Shown piece after piece: positions 8,450-11,990 of a DNA stretch of 11,990 bases. The notes under the pieces are model-generated. The model worked only from the letters and a program-made list of their open reading frames with translations. It searched no databases and had not been told where the DNA came from. The DNA lies in NCBI RefSeq assembly GCF_006345805.1, contig NW_021826813.1:1-11990 (forward strand), read 5' to 3'. Made by a program: the position numbers and the translations under genes. Source of the DNA: Octopus sinensis. Its lineage: Eukaryota. Each line of letters begins with the position of its first letter. Position 1 is the stretch's first letter.

Positions 8450-9214
8450 CACACACACACACACATACACACACACACAAATATATGCATATATATATAT
8501 ATACATATGTGTGCGGTGTGTGTGTGGTTGCATTTGTGTATCTCTCATACTTTTCACTTTCTCTCTTCTCTCTTTCTCCATCTCCCAGTCTTCCATCCTC
8601 AAACATTCCCCTCACTCTCTCCCGTCAAACGGATTCCTTATCAACCACTGCCACCAGCCGCACCTGCCCTCCTGGCCCCCCTCCACTTATAACCTTTAAA
8701 CTACTTCCTTTCTCTTATCTGAACTTCCGCTCTCTATCAATCCATCTCCAACACTTGAAGAGACTTGTTAACAAATTCCATCCCCTCCTCACACCACCAC
8801 TCTTTCCAACACCTCTGCTATCACTACCGCACTCCCACCCCCATTATAACTATATACACTCCCCTTCCCATCTTTTTCTATCTACCTTCTCATCCCCTTC
8901 CTTCTCTATATATTGTTTCATTCTCCTCTCTCTCCTTTTACTTTATCTTCTTCCAATACGATATTTATCCCGTTATTCTTATATTCTCTCAATCTACTAT
9001 TCTCTTCCACCTTTATTCTATCTAACATTTTAATCTAATCCACATTTACTTCATATTTTCTGAAACGGATTTCATTGCTTCTTTTTGTCTTTCTTTTTTT
9101 TCTTCTGTTTTTGTCTCTCTCTTTTTTTATTTATTTTTTGTTCTTTTAAACAATTTCTTATTTAAAACTCTGTATTATCACTGCCTACATTCTCTCTCTC
9201 TCTCTTTCTCTAAC

Positions 9215-9248
<34 letters not shown>

Positions 9249-9315
9249 CCTTTATGTCCATCTATCCATCTTCCTTTCACTATCTATTTTTCTCTCCCTC
9301 TCGCTCTTACACAGA
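8450..9315. repeat. Compound (CA)n(TA)n(TG)n tract followed by a long polypyrimidine-biased region with (TC)n runs
   Basis: Directly visible composition bias and simple repeats. Confidence 0.75.
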
Positions 9316-9316
9316 G

Positions 9317-9386
9317 ATACATATACATACATACATACATACATACATACACATACATACATACATACATACATACATACATACAT
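9317..9386. repeat. (CATA)n microsatellite
   Basis: Directly visible. Confidence 0.96.
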
Positions 9387-10159
9387 GCATATAACACGCG
9401 TCTCCAAAACACACACACACACACACATCTATCTACCTTATATACACGCACATAATTTAAGTGTGTGTCTGTATAAGTGTGTGTATGTGGGCATAAATAC
9501 CCACCCACGCACACACATATATATGAATAACTATAGACATAAACATACACCGTCAATAAATCTCCTTCCTCTCTTTCTCTCTCGCTCTCTCTCTCTTTCC
9601 CTCTTTTCTCACTCTAACCATTCCCCGAACCACCCTCTCTCTTTCTCTCCCTATCTCTGCCTATAATCATTTACAATCTCTCTCACAACCAATCTCGTCC
9701 ATTGCCTCCCTCCTCTTCATTTTACCTCCTCTTCTTTTCTCACCATTTCTCATATTTCTTTCCCTGTCTCCATAACTGACTCCCCGATAAGGTCTGACAT
9801 TGTTTTCATTGTTTTATTGCCCTTGTTCTTTATCATTATCTTCTTATCTTCCTTACTTTCCTCCACTCCATCCTTATCTCTCTCTCTCTCTCTCCCTCTC
9901 TCTCTTTTCCTCTCACCTTCTCTATGACGCTACTTGTCTCTTACTCCCACCAATTTTCTCATCCCTCTCTCCTGATATATATAAGTATACACATAAACAC
10001 ACCCACAAGTATATATCATTAACCTGTGTGTATATATATATATTTCATTCACATGAGATATATATATACATCAAATGTATTATATAACGAAGATAAAACT
10101 TTACAGCCGTTTCAAATTTCGACGAACTATTCACGATATGATACATGTTATGCAATCAC

Positions 10160-10187
10160 GCATATACACACACACACACACTCACAC

Positions 10188-10277
<90 letters not shown>

Positions 10278-10295
10278 AGAGAGGAGAGAGAGATG
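10160..10295. repeat. Compound (CA)n(TA)n(GA)n microsatellite
   Basis: Directly visible. Confidence 0.95.
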
Positions 10296-10514
10296 AGAGG
10301 TATTGGTATCTAGAAGACCCAAAGAGTGGCAGGTAACGTTAAGTAAGTGTTATGGACAGACCGTGGCTAAACCCTTGGTAAGATAATGATACGAGTGAGG
10401 AATCTAATGTAGGTTTTGTATTAGCATACATATATATATTAGACAATATGAGACAACAAAGCCAAGACTGTGTGGAGTTTTCAGGACATTTATAAAGAAA
10501 AAGATACTGATATA

Positions 10515-10562
10515 GTTTTACAGCTGTTTCTGGGATATTATGGATATCCCTTCATCAGAGAT
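10515..10562 (-). ncRNA. Minimal type I hammerhead ribozyme motif (PLE type), left arm
   Basis: The minus strand reads ATCT-CTGATGA-A-GGGATAT-ccata-ATATCCC-A-GAA-ACAGCTGT-A-AAAC. It has the conserved core, a perfect 7-bp stem II, a palindromic stem III and a GUA triplet. Stem I pairs at only 2 of 4 positions. Confidence 0.68.
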
Positions 10563-10685
10563 GATGTGAGATAGTTAAATAGAGGTAAATATTTGAGTTC
10601 TCTCTATATTCCCTATCTCCCCTTTTTCCATAATAATTCCTTATTTCGAACTCAAATATTTACCTCTATTAAACTAGTTCACGTC

Positions 10686-10732
10686 GCCTCTGATGAAAGA
10701 TATCCTTAATATCCCAGAAACAGCTGTAAGAC
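10686..10732 (+). ncRNA. Minimal type I hammerhead ribozyme motif (PLE type), right arm
   Basis: The plus strand reads GCCT-CTGATGA(10690-10696)-AA-GATAT-cctta-ATATC-CCA-GAA-ACAGCTGT(10720-10727)-A-AGAC. The predicted cleavage site is after A10728. Stem I pairs at 3 of 4 positions and stem II is reduced to 5 bp. Confidence 0.65.
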
Positions 10733-10906
10733 TATATGTATATCTTTTTCTTTGTAAATGTCCTGAAAACTCCTCACAGCCTTGCTATGTTATCTCATTT
10801 TGTCTAATATATATATATACGGTACAATTTTTTTCTGCCATTCAGAGTTACAACACTTCCAATATAGTGGGAAATTAGAGTCAGATAATTATGTATAATA
10901 TTCTCA

Positions 10907-11005
10907 AGACCGTTGTTCCGATACCCTTGAGCAAAACACTTCATTTCCCTTTGCTCAATCCAGTGATGATAGCCCTGCCACAGACTGGTGTTCCGTTCAT
11001 TGGAG
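10907..11005 (+). mobile_element. Degenerate CORE-like SINE fragment
   Basis: CCCTTGAGCAAAACACTTCATTTC resembles CTTGGGCAAGACTTTATTTC in the neighbouring SINE and the CORE domain. The tRNA head is not recognisable. Confidence 0.55.
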
Positions 11006-11120
11006 AATGTCATGGTATTAAGCGCTTGCATCTTTCGAAAGCTGCAACAATACGAAGAAGCGTCTGTTGGCCAATGTTGTACGACAACATCCGATAATCT
11101 GGTCGATACAGTGATAGAGT

Positions 11121-11463
11121 GAAGGCGCATGGCTTAGTGGCTACAGCGTCGGGCTCACAATCATAAGGTAGTGAGTTCGATTCCCGGACCGCACTGTGTG
11201 TTGTGTTCTTGGGCAAGACTTTATTTCACGTTGCTCTAGTTCACTCAGCTGTAGAAATGGAGTTGCGATGTCGTTGGTACTAAGCTGTATCGGTTTTTGC
11301 CTTTGCCTTGGTTAACATCGGGGACGTGGAGAGTGGAGGCTGGTATTCCTGGGCGACTGCTCGTCTTCCATAAACAACCTTGTCCGGACTCGTGCCTCGG
11401 AAGGTAACTTTCTAAGTTCAATTCCATGGTCATTCATAACCGAAGGGCGTCTTTTTCTCTTTT
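11121..11463 (+). mobile_element. Full-length tRNA-derived CORE-like SINE with target-site duplication
   Basis: A-box TGGCTTAGTGG (11130-11140), B-box GAGTTCGATTCC (11173-11184) and CORE-like TTGGGCAAGAC...CAGCTGTAGAAATG. The 14-bp TSD TACAGTGATAGAGT (11107-11120) / TACAGTGAAAGAGT (11464-11477) has one mismatch. Confidence 0.88.
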
Positions 11464-11487
11464 TACAGTGAAAGAGTAATACCTACA

Positions 11488-11592
11488 TATGTGTGTATGT
11501 GCATGCGCGTGTGCCTGCGTGTGCGCATGTGTGGATGCGTGTGTGGGTGTGCGCACGTGTGTGTGTATGTGTTTGTGTGTGTGTGTGTGTGT
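11488..11592. repeat. Degenerate (TG)n tract with CG dinucleotides
   Basis: Directly visible. Confidence 0.9.
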
Positions 11593-11699
11593 TATTAAAG
11601 TCGTAATTGTAGGTGTTACGTATGTATACTAATATATACTAAGGAAATAATACAAAGATTGTCAACTTTACGAACGGCATCGGTCTTCCAGTTTGTTCT

Positions 11700-11990
11700 A
11701 AATACTGATACCACTAACTTTGGCATTATCACTACTGCTATCATCACGACGGCTACCAAGACCACCACCGCCGACACCGCCAATACCATTACCACCAATA
11801 CCATCGTCACCATTGCCACCACCACTGCTGCCGCCGCCACCAACACGATCACTACTAGTAACCACCACCACCTCCACCAACCATAACCATCGCCACCATC
11901 GCTGCAACTACAGCTAACATACAACCAGCAACACCACCACCACCACCACCACCACCACAACAACAACTACCACCAAAATGACCACCACCG
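11700..11990. repeat. Degenerate (ACC/CAC)n trinucleotide tract running off the window end
   Basis: Directly visible. Confidence 0.92.

Larger units (their letters stand above)
10439..10807. mobile_element. 369-bp fold-back element: inverted arms 10439-10600 and 10648-10807 with a 47-bp spacer, embedded in (TA)n; probably an inverted pair of Penelope-like element (PLE) terminal repeats
   Basis: Manual alignment of the left arm to the reverse complement of the right arm gives 142 matches in 162 columns (18 mismatches, 2 gaps). TA repeats flank both ends. Each arm holds a hammerhead motif. The inverted repeat is certain; the PLE origin is inferred. Confidence 0.85.

Noticed and set aside
8355-10313. 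Numerous HTHT, YIYI, CVCV and LSLS ORFs
   Set aside because: They are translations of di- and tetranucleotide microsatellites and polypyrimidine tracts.
10325-10385. Cluster of splice-donor-like sites (CAG/GTAACG, GTAAGT, TTG/GTAAGA)
   Set aside because: There is no matching acceptor or coding exon upstream, and such words are frequent by chance.
11124-11195. tRNA gene
   Set aside because: The A and B boxes continue into a SINE body bounded by a TSD, and there is no complete cloverleaf. The same applies to the head ending at 2666.

Overview
Non-coding, microsatellite-dense eukaryotic DNA. The SINE and MITE families and the repeat landscape point to a cephalopod, probably Octopus (inference from recalled repeat families). 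No host exon is supported, and nearly all ORFs in the track are translations of simple repeats. Transposon content: (1) a dead DD34D mariner transposase (2270-3417), interrupted by a young tRNA-derived SINE with a 5-bp TSD; (2) three further SINE copies or fragments; (3) two adjacent 5'-truncated copies of one non-LTR retroelement 3' end; (4) a 214-bp mariner-type MITE. The most notable feature is a 369-bp fold-back at 10439-10807 with about 160-bp arms at about 88% identity, sitting in (TA)n. Each arm carries a minimal type I hammerhead-ribozyme motif (CTGATGA, stem II, GAAA, palindromic ACAGCTGT, GTA site) of the kind known from Penelope-like elements, with one motif on each strand.
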